Assembly (NCBI GenBank): GCA_963724325.1
Contig: CAVRUH010000011.1
Span: forward strand, 33,540 to 97,539
DNA: 64,000 nt
Source of the DNA: Waddliaceae bacterium
Lineage (GTDB): Bacteria > Chlamydiota > Chlamydiia > Chlamydiales > Waddliaceae
Direction of reading: 5' to 3'
Shown here: piece by piece, positions 1 through 9,315 of the stretch
Layout of the letters: the number at the start of each line of letters is the position of its first letter
Position numbering within the stretch: position 1 is the first letter of the stretch
The notes under the pieces: generated by a model
Told to the model about the DNA's origin: nothing
Seen by the model: only the letters and a program-made list of their open reading frames with translations
Databases searched by the model: none
Program-made: the position numbers and the translations under genes

Positions 1-74
1 GAAAAAATTCCTCGCATTATTTTCTTGATAAATTAATACATTAAAAAAAAAATGCGATCTTGTAAAGCTATTTG

Positions 75-736
75 TCAAATTTCTGAGATAAGCAGAACGA
101 TTTCGCCTTTAAGAGTGCGAGTTTTCCAGTGAGAAATAAGTTCGTTGGGAGTTCCTGAGACCATTTCCTCAAATTTCTTGGTAAGTTCTCTTCCGACAGC
201 AATTTGTCTCTCGGGAGCCAATAGATGCAAGACAGCCAGTACTTTAAGTAGTCGATGAGGAGTTTCATAACAGATGGTTGTGCCTGGATATAATAAGATC
301 TCTTCTAGCTGCTTTTGTAATCTTCCTGAAGTTTTGGGGAGAAATCCCCAAAATTGGAATCTTTCTGTGGAAAAGCCAGAGCATGTGATGGCTAATACAG
401 CGGCGCATGGACCTGGAATGGCTTCAACTTTAAGATTTTCGGAGCGGCATCGGGCGACAAGGCGCATGCCGGGGTCGGAGATCCCAGGTGTTCCAGCATC
501 AGTGATAAGGGCGATTGTTTTCCCTGAGTTTATATCGTCGACTATTTTTTGTTCTCTTGAAGCTTCATTGAACTTGTGGTAGCTGACCAGATTTTTTTGA
601 ATCAAATAATGATTGAGCAGGCGAAGGCTGTGACGAGTGTCTTCGCAGAGGATGTAGTCACAGACTTTAAAATTTCGACGGCTCGGAAGGTGATATCTCC
701 AAGATTGCCGATGGGGGTTGCAACAAGATATAACAT
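75..736 (-). CDS. rsmI: 16S rRNA (cytidine1402-2'-O)-methyltransferase, with one frameshift near 660-670
   Basis: [24 protein letters not shown] begins at ATG 736 in one frame; [23 protein letters not shown] and RELTKKFEE follow in the -1 frame. Confidence 0.9.
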
Positions 737-807
737 AGGTGGCACCCAGATTCGAACTGGGGATGGAAGCTTTGCAGGCTTCTGCCTTACCACTTGGCCA
801 TGCCACC
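737..807 (-). tRNA. tRNA-Cys(GCA)
   Basis: Reverse complement ggtggcatggccaagtggtaaggcagaagcctGCAaagcttccatccccagttcgaatctgggtgccacct folds as a cloverleaf with U discriminator; CCA not encoded. Confidence 0.97.
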
Positions 808-915
808 TGATTAAGGACTATCTTATATCTTAGAAGTGATTATGAAGTCAAACAAAAAAAGCAGATAGCTGAATTCAAAAGTTATTTACCTAATCGTTGA
901 ATAGGGCAAATGACA

Positions 916-947
916 AAAAGGACTTAAATGCATTTTTAAGTCCTTTT
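916..947 (-). terminator. Probable intrinsic terminator downstream of tpx (possibly bidirectional)
   Basis: aaaaggacttaaa-tgcatt-tttaagtcctttt, a 13-bp inverted repeat with A/T tracts at both ends, about 35 nt past the tpx stop. Confidence 0.6.
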
Positions 948-982
948 CGGTCTAGCCAATAAAAAGTTTACAGAGTACTTGG

Positions 983-1477
983 TTAAACGTGCTTCATGGC
1001 AAGTTCGTAATTGGGTTCCTGCGTAATTTCTGGGACAAGTTCGTGATAGAGAACTTTGTTATCTTCATCCAGAACGATAACGGCACGAGCACAAAGTCCT
1101 TTGAGCGGGCCGTCTGCGATACATACACCATAGTCTTCGGGAAAATTACTTCTAAATGCTGATAGGGTTATCACATTCTTTATTTCTTCGATTTTGCAAA
1201 ATCGTACTTGAGCAAAAGGAAGGTCTTTAGAGATATTCAGTATATATATATCGGGTTTTTTTTCATTTTGTTTTGTGAATTCCTTTACGGAAGCTCCACA
1301 AACTGTCGTATCAATACTCGGAAAAATATTGAGAATTTTCTTTTTCCCTTTAAAGTCTGCTAGGGTTTTTTCGGAAAGATCTTGTCCAACTAAAGTAAAG
1401 AAGGGTACTGTTTTACCTACAGGAGGAAGTTCACCTACTGTGTGTATTTTATTACCTTTGAGAGTAATTTCGGCCAT
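983..1477 (-). CDS. tpx: Thiol peroxidase (atypical 2-Cys peroxiredoxin)
   Basis: NIFPSIDTTVC, SKDLPFAQVRFC and ELVPEITQEPNY motifs. Confidence 0.95.
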   Translation of the reverse strand: MAEITLKGNKIHTVGELPPVGKTVPFFTLVGQDLSEKTLADFKGKKKILNIFPSIDTTVCGASVKEFTKQNEKKPDIYILNISKDLPFAQVRFCKIEEIKNVITLSAFRSNFPEDYGVCIADGPLKGLCARAVIVLDEDNKVLYHELVPEITQEPNYELAMKHV

Positions 1478-1491
1478 AATTCATCCTTTTG

Positions 1492-2619
1492 TTAAGCTGG
1501 AACGCCGCGCAGGATCTCGTGTGAGAGCTGCTGCCACTGTTTCCAGTCATCTTTTAGTGTTTTTTTCATCGCTTTTATTTCAGCACGTAGTTCTAATAGG
1601 AGGTCGCGGGCGCATTGTTCTTTTTTGAACTGTTGATATTTCTCTATCAATTGCTTAAATTGGTTTGTTTTTTCGATGATGGCTTCCGACATGTCGTTCA
1701 CAGTTTTTTCAAGCTCATCTTTTTTATCAAAGAATACTTCTTTTATTTTCGAAATTAAAAGGCCTTTTCTTTCTAGAACCATCCTACGGCTCACTGTATA
1801 TTGATCCATGCGTCTTAAATTGCTTGCAAGACCCAGTTTATTTAGGGTCCAGATCAACCATTTTGTGGGATCGAAGTGGAACCAGCGTATGCCATTGCGA
1901 TAATCATTAGCATAGGTATGGTGGTAATTGTGATATCCTTCGCCGAAAGTTAACAGTGAAATAATGTAATTATCAACGGCAGATTGTTCTTGGCAGAATG
2001 GTCTGTCTCCCCAAGTGTGTGCCAGTGAATTAATAAACCATGTGAAGTGATGCAACAGAAAGATTCTAACCCAAACAGCCATAAAAAAGGCACCAAGGTA
2101 ATCGTTTAGCATCCAACCAACAGCCATAAAAGCGATGAAATTGGTCAAAACCATCCATAGTCCATAGTATTTGTGCTGGAGAACATTCCATTTATTTCTC
2201 ATGAGGTCTGCAACAAGTTTGTTGTCGATTTCTTTGGGTTTTTCGAGGAGCCATAGGCAGTGTGCGTACCAGAATCCTTTTTTTATGGAGTAGGGATCTG
2301 CGTCGGTGTCAACGTGGGCATGGTGCAGCCTGTGTTCGAAGCTCCAGCGGAGGACGCTTCCTTGCGCTGTCATGGATCCTAGAAATAGTAGTATGCCTTC
2401 AACTAAGCCGCTAGCTTTGTAGGTCCGGTGAGCAAAATAGCGATGATATCCGGCGGTGATGCTAAGTCCAGTCATGTAGAGCAGGACGATGGTGGTGATG
2501 ATCATACCCAAAGAAGGTGCGGCGTAGTAGAAGTAGAATGGGAGTGATGCAAAAAGCAACACATGGTAAATGATCAGGAAGGAGGCGGGGCCCCAGTTAA
2601 ATTCTCTTTTTATACTCAT
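1492..2619 (-). CDS. Membrane delta-9-type acyl-CoA/acyl-lipid desaturase
   Basis: Three His boxes HRYFAH, HRLHH and HNYHH, with TM helices and a C-terminal coiled region. Confidence 0.9.
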   Translation of the reverse strand: MSIKREFNWGPASFLIIYHVLLFASLPFYFYYAAPSLGMIITTIVLLYMTGLSITAGYHRYFAHRTYKASGLVEGILLFLGSMTAQGSVLRWSFEHRLHHAHVDTDADPYSIKKGFWYAHCLWLLEKPKEIDNKLVADLMRNKWNVLQHKYYGLWMVLTNFIAFMAVGWMLNDYLGAFFMAVWVRIFLLHHFTWFINSLAHTWGDRPFCQEQSAVDNYIISLLTFGEGYHNYHHTYANDYRNGIRWFHFDPTKWLIWTLNKLGLASNLRRMDQYTVSRRMVLERKGLLISKIKEVFFDKKDELEKTVNDMSEAIIEKTNQFKQLIEKYQQFKKEQCARDLLLELRAEIKAMKKTLKDDWKQWQQLSHEILRGVPA

Positions 2620-2724
2620 GAATATCCTCCCATGATTTTATAGACATGAGTATACGCCAAAAAGTATTATTTTGCAAAGTATTACTTGTAAAAAAATCCT
2701 TGCTCGAGATAGATTATCCGTGTC

Positions 2725-4035
2725 ATGAATTTGAAATACATCGCACATATACTCGGATTGGATTTTGAGGAGGATGCAAGGCCTTTAGGTTATTGCGTCG
2801 ATAGTCGTTGCTTGAAGGCGGGAGACCTTTTTTTTGCACTGAAGGGCGCCTGTGTTGATGGACACACATATTTGCCCGAAGTTCAAGAAAAAGGGGCTGT
2901 AGGTGCTATTGTGAGTGATAAATTTCAGGGGACAGTAGAAGGTCTTCCATTATTAAAAGTCCCCGATGTTTTGTTGGCATTGCAACGATTGGCGCAGCAT
3001 CGACTGAGTGAATTGCCCATGAAAATAGTTGCCATTACTGGTTCTGTAGGAAAAACTACCACAAAAGACTTCACTTCTACTCTTTTGGCTGAAAAGTATC
3101 GAATTGCCTCATTTAAGGGGAATCCAAACTCGCAAATTGGTCTGCCAACAGCGATTTTAAATGCCGATTTTTTTGAGAAAGAAGTATTAATCGTCGAAAT
3201 GGGTATGGAATTGCCTGGTGAAATTGCCCGATTGACTCAGATTGCCCCGCCGGATATTGGTTTAATTACTATGACTGCGTTTGTGTGTGGTGCCAAGAAT
3301 TTCGATTCATTAGAAGCTGTTGGCAGGGCAAAAGCAGAGATTTTTTCTCATCCACGGACGAAATTGGGTATTTTATCGCATGAAATTGTTAATTTTGATG
3401 AATTATGTCCCTTGCATGGACAATCTTTTTCGGTCGTTTCGCCTGAAGCTGATTTCTATCTTAAAGAAAATTCTAAAGGATTTACCATCAATGGTATAGA
3501 ATTTGATTCACTGCCTGTGCCTGGCAAGCATAATCTGTCGAATTTTCTAGCAGCTTGCTCTGTTGCTCGGAATATGGGTTTGAGTTGGGAGGAAATTAGA
3601 AGGGGAGCATCCAAATTAGCTCTTCCCGAAAGAAGATTTCAAATATGTGAAATTAATGGTGCCACATTTGTCAATGATTCTTATAATGCGAGTGTGGTCT
3701 CGGTGAACGCAGCATTGATGAGTCTGCCGATGCCGCAAGCTGGAGGAAAAAAGATTGCTTGTATTGGAGAGTTGCCGGGACTTGGACCATTCTCGGAAAA
3801 TTGCCACAGAGAGGTAGGGAAAAAGGCTTTGGAGCATGTTGATTTAATGCTATGTTTGGGAGAAGGGTGTGCGCCGATTATTAATTGTTGGAAAGAGGCA
3901 AATCGGCCTGCTTATCTTTTTCAAGATAGGATTAGGCTTGTAGATGCATTGAGAACCCTTTTTACTAAAGGTGACGTTATACTTTTGAAAGGCGGGAATT
4001 TAAAACAAATGTGGAAGGTATTAGAGGAATTATAG
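2725..4035 (+). CDS. murF: UDP-N-acetylmuramoyl-tripeptide--D-Ala-D-Ala ligase
   Basis: DSR...DGH, AITGSVGKTTTK, VEMGM and NDSYNAS motifs; first gene of the dcw cluster. Confidence 0.95.
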   Translation: MNLKYIAHILGLDFEEDARPLGYCVDSRCLKAGDLFFALKGACVDGHTYLPEVQEKGAVGAIVSDKFQGTVEGLPLLKVPDVLLALQRLAQHRLSELPMKIVAITGSVGKTTTKDFTSTLLAEKYRIASFKGNPNSQIGLPTAILNADFFEKEVLIVEMGMELPGEIARLTQIAPPDIGLITMTAFVCGAKNFDSLEAVGRAKAEIFSHPRTKLGILSHEIVNFDELCPLHGQSFSVVSPEADFYLKENSKGFTINGIEFDSLPVPGKHNLSNFLAACSVARNMGLSWEEIRRGASKLALPERRFQICEINGATFVNDSYNASVVSVNAALMSLPMPQAGGKKIACIGELPGLGPFSENCHREVGKKALEHVDLMLCLGEGCAPIINCWKEANRPAYLFQDRIRLVDALRTLFTKGDVILLKGGNLKQMWKVLEEL

Positions 4036-4036
4036 A

Positions 4037-5227
4037 ATGATTGAGATCATTATTCATACGCTGCGCGAGCAATTCGGATTGAAAATACCTATGGTTCTTT
4101 CTTATACGTCGACTAGAATGATGTTAGCTGCAATGACGGCACTTATCATCAGCATATTCCTTGGACCCCGTTTCATAAAAAAATTATATGAACTCAAAAT
4201 TGGTCAATCTATTAGGACAGAAGATTGTCCCCTTTTAGGAGAGCTTCATGCGAAAAAAAAGGATACTCCAACAATGGGTGGAATCCTCATTTTGTTCGCG
4301 ATGTTTGCATCTATGCTGTTGTGGATGGATCTGAAGAATATTTTCACTCTGATTTTTTTCATCACGACCCTCGTTCTGGGCTCCATAGGTGCTTCTGACG
4401 ATTACTTAAAGTTAAAGTACAAGAATACAAAGGGGCTCTCTGGTAAGAAAAAACTTCTTGGTCAGGTGGTTGTCTCAGCACTTTTGGCTCTGTACTTGCT
4501 GAGTCCCGCCATCAATAATTCTTTACATATTGGCTCATGGTTTGCTCCGCCTGGGATAAAAGATGGCGCCCAAAATGTAGTGCCTCTTCAAGAATATGCC
4601 TCGCGGATTTATATTCCATTTTTTAAAGAACACCTCATTGAGTTTTCGGGGATCTTTTTGATAATGGCCTTCTTTTTCATTGTTTTTGTTGTCACAGGGG
4701 CATCAAATGCTGTGAATTTGACGGATGGATTGGATGGATTGGCGGCAGGTTGTTTGATTTTGGTCGCCTCTTGTTTTGGTGCTATTGCTTTTCTTTCGAA
4801 TAATACGGACATTTCGAAATATTTGAATATTCAATATGTAGAGGGAAGCGGTGAAATTGCTGTTTATATGAGTGCTTTTGTCGGGGCATGCATAGGATTT
4901 CTTTGGTATAACGGGCATCCGGCGCAAGTGTTTATGGGAGATACGGGCTCATTGGCTCTCGGTGGAGTGATTGGTGTGACATCAGTTCTTTTGAAAAGGG
5001 AATTTTTGTTGGCTATTATTGGCGGAATATTTGTAGCAGAAGCTCTTTCGGTGATTGCGCAAGTTGCAAGCTACAAGCTACGGAACAAAAAACGGGTCCT
5101 TTTGTGTGCACCGTTGCATCATCACTTCGAATACAAAGGATGGCCTGAGACAAAAGTTGTAATACGGTTTTGGATTATTGGATTGATATTGGCAATTATT
5201 GGCATGGCTTCACTTAAATTTCAATAG
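4037..5227 (+). CDS. mraY: Phospho-N-acetylmuramoyl-pentapeptide transferase
   Basis: TPTMGG, NAVNLTDGLDGL, FMGDTGSL and APLHHHFE motifs. Confidence 0.98.
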   Translation: MIEIIIHTLREQFGLKIPMVLSYTSTRMMLAAMTALIISIFLGPRFIKKLYELKIGQSIRTEDCPLLGELHAKKKDTPTMGGILILFAMFASMLLWMDLKNIFTLIFFITTLVLGSIGASDDYLKLKYKNTKGLSGKKKLLGQVVVSALLALYLLSPAINNSLHIGSWFAPPGIKDGAQNVVPLQEYASRIYIPFFKEHLIEFSGIFLIMAFFFIVFVVTGASNAVNLTDGLDGLAAGCLILVASCFGAIAFLSNNTDISKYLNIQYVEGSGEIAVYMSAFVGACIGFLWYNGHPAQVFMGDTGSLALGGVIGVTSVLLKREFLLAIIGGIFVAEALSVIAQVASYKLRNKKRVLLCAPLHHHFEYKGWPETKVVIRFWIIGLILAIIGMASLKFQ

Positions 5228-5233
5228 GTTATT

Positions 5234-6478
5234 ATGAAAGTTCTAATAGTGGGAATGGGTATCAGCGGAAAATCAGCGGCAGAACTCCTTATCCAAAAAG
5301 GTCATAAAGTTCATGGAGTAGATAGAAACTATGAATCGATCATTGTGGACCATATAACCATCTCTTCAGACTTGGAACCTATAGATATTTCTGCTTTTGA
5401 TCTTGTAGTTGCCTCACCTGGAATCCCACCGACTCACCCTATCTTTGTGGCAGCTGAAAAATCGGGAGTTGAAATCATTGGTGAAGTTGAGCTGGCCTCT
5501 AGATTCATTACGCAAAAGTTCATTGCTATCACTGGGACGAATGGAAAAACTACAGTAACATTCATGGTGACCCACATTTTAAACGCTGCGGGAATTCCGG
5601 CACGAGCGCTTGGGAATGTTGGCATGCCGCTTGCTTCAGAATTTCAACATATTAGAAATGAAATTATTGTGGCCGAACTCAGTTCCTTTCAACTTGATAC
5701 CCTCTCAAGTAAAATCATTGATCTTGGGGTTATTTTAAATATCACCCCAGACCATCTAGACCGGTATACTAATATGGAAGCCTACGCGGCATCGAAAATT
5801 CATATGAAAGATTGTATGAAGCCGACGGGAAAATTATTTGTTTTTCAAAAGGCGTTTGATGAATTTAAACAGCTTTTCGGCAATTTTACTCCTTTTAAAT
5901 ATGATGGGCATAATAAGGAAAATATTGAAACCTTATTGCCAATTTGTTATAGAAGAGGGATTAATCACGATATTGAGAATATTATGGCAGCGTATAATCT
6001 TTGTCGTGAAGCTGGGGTAAGTGCTGAAGATTTTGTAAAGGGATTGGAGTCGTTTAAAAAACCGCCTCACAGAATTGAATTTGTAAGGCGTTTGGGTGAA
6101 GTAAATTACTTCAATGATAGCAAGGGAACGAATATTGACGCTGTAATACGAGCTGTAGATACCATGGAAGGGAATGTCGTTCTGATAGCAGGCGGAGTTG
6201 ATAAAGGCTCCACATATATGCCTTGGATTGATTCCTTTGGAATAAAGGTGAAATGTGTATGTGTGATTGGTGAAGCTGCAGATAAAATTGAAAAAGAGAT
6301 CTCACACACATTGCAGGTAAAAAAGTTTTCGACTCTTGATGATGCTGTAAAGCATGCCGCAGAGATTGCAAAGGCCGGTGAAAATGTGTTGTTGTCTCCC
6401 GGTTGTTCGAGTTATGATATGTTTAGAAATTATGCTCACAGAGGTGACGAATTTAAAAAAATTATTAATAATTTATAA
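5234..6478 (+). CDS. murD: UDP-N-acetylmuramoyl-L-Ala--D-Glu ligase
   Basis: ITGTNGKTT, ELSSFQL, NITPDHLDRY, NDSKGTN and LLSPGCSSYD motifs. Confidence 0.97.
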   Translation: MKVLIVGMGISGKSAAELLIQKGHKVHGVDRNYESIIVDHITISSDLEPIDISAFDLVVASPGIPPTHPIFVAAEKSGVEIIGEVELASRFITQKFIAITGTNGKTTVTFMVTHILNAAGIPARALGNVGMPLASEFQHIRNEIIVAELSSFQLDTLSSKIIDLGVILNITPDHLDRYTNMEAYAASKIHMKDCMKPTGKLFVFQKAFDEFKQLFGNFTPFKYDGHNKENIETLLPICYRRGINHDIENIMAAYNLCREAGVSAEDFVKGLESFKKPPHRIEFVRRLGEVNYFNDSKGTNIDAVIRAVDTMEGNVVLIAGGVDKGSTYMPWIDSFGIKVKCVCVIGEAADKIEKEISHTLQVKKFSTLDDAVKHAAEIAKAGENVLLSPGCSSYDMFRNYAHRGDEFKKIINNL

Positions 6479-6497
6479 TAAATTAAGAGGTTTATAA

Positions 6498-7157
6498 ATG
6501 AGTAAAAAGGATACGGTGATTATAGCAGCATTGGTTAATACAGGCCTCTTGGCCTTGGTTTTTATGCTAGCAACTACAACAGATATCGAAGTCGTCAGCG
6601 GATTGCAAAACGTTGATCACAGCATAGTGGAAACTGAAAGAACGGCTCAAATTGAGGAAAAAACAATGTCGCCTCTGACCCAAATTGCCTCCAAAGATGA
6701 GCTGGATGAAGTTCTAAAAAATTATGCACAAGCTATTGAAGTCCCCCCCGTTCCTAAAGATGAGGCCAAACCGATTGAAGCAGCAAAGCCTGATGAGAAA
6801 TATGTGGATGTAACAGTAAAACGTGGTGACTCTTTAGACAAAATCGCTCGTGCGAATGGCACTTCCGTTGCTGAAATCATGAAAATCAATCAGTTGAAAA
6901 ATGAGCGGTTGGATATCGGACAGGTTCTTCGTGTAGCAGTGACTAAGAAAAAAGACACACCAGCTAAAGCAAATCCAATTGCAATGGCAAACACACCTTC
7001 AAAAGGGCCTGAATACTACACAATGAAAAGTGGAGATAGTCCATGGAAAATAGCCAAAGATCGTCAGGTTCCCTTTGAGCAATTACTGAAACTGAATAAT
7101 CTCGACGAAGCGAAAGCACGTAATTTAAAGCCCGGCGACGTTTTGCGTATAAAGTAG
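6498..7157 (+). CDS. Membrane-anchored double-LysM protein (chlamydial NlpD-like)
   Basis: N-terminal TM segment; two LysM domains (TVKRGDSLDKIA, TMKSGDSPWKIA); lies between murD and ftsW. Confidence 0.85.
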   Translation: MSKKDTVIIAALVNTGLLALVFMLATTTDIEVVSGLQNVDHSIVETERTAQIEEKTMSPLTQIASKDELDEVLKNYAQAIEVPPVPKDEAKPIEAAKPDEKYVDVTVKRGDSLDKIARANGTSVAEIMKINQLKNERLDIGQVLRVAVTKKKDTPAKANPIAMANTPSKGPEYYTMKSGDSPWKIAKDRQVPFEQLLKLNNLDEAKARNLKPGDVLRIK

Positions 7158-7169
7158 ACGCATAAATAT

Positions 7170-8246
7170 ATGAGATATCTTTTTTTATTAGCTGTTACAG
7201 CCGTTTTTGCCATGGGTTTGGTAATGATCTACAGTACCACCTCGGCAGAAATTCTCGATCTTGACCTGAGTCTGAATGAACACCATGCTTTTGCGAAACA
7301 GATAATGTTTGCAGTTGTAGGGATATCCATGGGAGTTGTTACTTACCGTGTAGGATATAGAAAATTTATTGAAATCAGCCCAGCATTATTGGTGCTTTTT
7401 TCAATATTGTTAATTTTGACTCTTATTCCTGGAATAGGTCGAGTTGTGAATGGGTCTCGTCGATGGCTAGGTGTGGGAGGCTTTTCATTCCAACCCTCAG
7501 AGTTCGTAAAATATATTATCCCAGCATATTTCATACATCAATATCTATTGATGAAGGAATTCGACTACCGAAAATTTCTTAAAATTATTGTTGCAGCAGT
7601 TATTCCAATGGGTTTAGTATTAATTGAGCCCAACAATGGCACCGTGGTGGTACTTGGAATGACCCTTGTTGTGATGTTTCTTTTAACAAGAGTGCCCCTG
7701 AAATTTTATGCATGGCCGCTTCTAGCTATAATGCTTGTGGGTGCGGTCTTCGCATACAATTCTCCTTATGTGTCGGGAAGATTAAAAGTATATTTGAACG
7801 CTGAACTCGATCTGCGAGGTAAAGGCCATCAACCTTACCAGGCGAAAATTGCTACAGGTTCAGGTAATTTTCTTGGGCTTGGTCCGGGAAATAGCTGGCA
7901 AAAATTGAGCTTTCTTCCCGAAGCACAAAACGATTACATTGCAGCTGTGTTTGCTGAAGAATATGGATTTTTCGGAATTATCCTATTAATTTCTTGTTAC
8001 ATGTTCATGGCCTATTTAGGTTTTCATATCGCAGCTCATGCTAAAGATGAATATGGATTCTATTTAGGTTCTGCTGCAACTTTTCTGATTTGCATGCAAG
8101 CATTTCTTAATCTAGGAGTCGTTTCGGGCTTGCTTCCGAGTACGGGTCTTAATTTACCGTTTTTTAGTCAAGGAGGTTCTTCGTTGATGTCTAATTTTAT
8201 TGGTGTGGGACTGCTTCTAAGCGTGCATCGGGAGGAATATGCGTAA
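7170..8246 (+). CDS. ftsW: SEDS peptidoglycan glycosyltransferase FtsW
   Basis: NGSRRW, QPSEFVK, LPEAQND and LPFFSQGGSS motifs. Confidence 0.93.
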   Translation: MRYLFLLAVTAVFAMGLVMIYSTTSAEILDLDLSLNEHHAFAKQIMFAVVGISMGVVTYRVGYRKFIEISPALLVLFSILLILTLIPGIGRVVNGSRRWLGVGGFSFQPSEFVKYIIPAYFIHQYLLMKEFDYRKFLKIIVAAVIPMGLVLIEPNNGTVVVLGMTLVVMFLLTRVPLKFYAWPLLAIMLVGAVFAYNSPYVSGRLKVYLNAELDLRGKGHQPYQAKIATGSGNFLGLGPGNSWQKLSFLPEAQNDYIAAVFAEEYGFFGIILLISCYMFMAYLGFHIAAHAKDEYGFYLGSAATFLICMQAFLNLGVVSGLLPSTGLNLPFFSQGGSSLMSNFIGVGLLLSVHREEYA

Positions 8247-9315
8247 GAAAAGAGTGATTATAGCTGCAGGAGGGACTGGAGGACACATTTATCCAGCAAT
8301 GTCTTTAGGGAAAGAACTTCTAGAAAAGGGTTTGGAAGTACATTTTGCTGGCGGAGGCCTGAAAAATAATCAATATTTTGACAGAAATATATTTCCATAT
8401 ACTGAAATTACAAGTGGATTTTTATCGACAAAAAACCCACTCAAGTTACTGCGTGGAATGCTGCAAGTCGCTTGGGGGATTACTCAAAGTAGAAAATTAT
8501 TGAAATCATTTGCTCCAGATATGGTCATTGGATTTGGAAGCTATCACACATTTCCTATTTTATTGGCAGCAAAATATAGCTCTGTCCCCATTATTCTCCA
8601 CGAGCAAAATGCTATTCCAGGAAGAGTCAACAGAATATTCGCACCCTCAGCCCTATTTACCGCAATATCCATTCCAGATGCAGAAAAGAAAATCCCAGGA
8701 AAATGTAACGTCGTAGAAATGCCTCTCAAAATAAAATCACGATTTACAAAAGATGTCGCACGAAAGCATTTTAATCTCAACCCAGATGTAAAAACTCTGC
8801 TTATTTTTGGGGGATCGCAAGGTGCCGAAGGTATTAATCGGGCCCTCCTGCATATGGTGCCAAATATCAAAGAAATGCAAGTCATTCATTTTACTGGAGA
8901 TCCAACAACGAGCACTCAGGCTAGAAAACTCTATCTTGAGAACTCAATTCCAGCCTGCGTCAAGGAATTTGAAAATCGAATGGATCTAGCTTGGTCAGCA
9001 GCCGACCTGGCTATCACAAGATCCGGTGCAAGCACTATTGCCGAGGCTATTCAGTACGAGGTTCCCTTGATTATGATCCCATTTCCTCGTGCTATGGATA
9101 ACCATCAAGATAAAAATGCCGATTTCATGATCAATACTGTCGGGGGAGGTTTTAAAATTAATGAACAGAAAGCTCATGGCCCGCAATTTTTTCAATTGCT
9201 ACACGAAATACCCATAGAAAAAATGACCCGTTCCATATTAGAATACAAAAAAAACTATGGTGCTACAGGTCTTAGTTCATTAATTCTCGATGCATTAGGA
9301 GAAAAAAAATGTTAA
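8239..9315 (+). CDS. murG: Lipid II GlcNAc transferase
   Basis: GGTGGHIYP, HEQNAIPG, GGSQGA and RSGASTIAE motifs. Confidence 0.97.
   Translation: MRKKRVIIAAGGTGGHIYPAMSLGKELLEKGLEVHFAGGGLKNNQYFDRNIFPYTEITSGFLSTKNPLKLLRGMLQVAWGITQSRKLLKSFAPDMVIGFGSYHTFPILLAAKYSSVPIILHEQNAIPGRVNRIFAPSALFTAISIPDAEKKIPGKCNVVEMPLKIKSRFTKDVARKHFNLNPDVKTLLIFGGSQGAEGINRALLHMVPNIKEMQVIHFTGDPTTSTQARKLYLENSIPACVKEFENRMDLAWSAADLAITRSGASTIAEAIQYEVPLIMIPFPRAMDNHQDKNADFMINTVGGGFKINEQKAHGPQFFQLLHEIPIEKMTRSILEYKKNYGATGLSSLILDALGEKKC

Noticed and set aside
737..806. N-terminal extension of rsmI in the ORF track (MAWPSGK...)
   Set aside because: It is the tRNA-Cys gene read as codons
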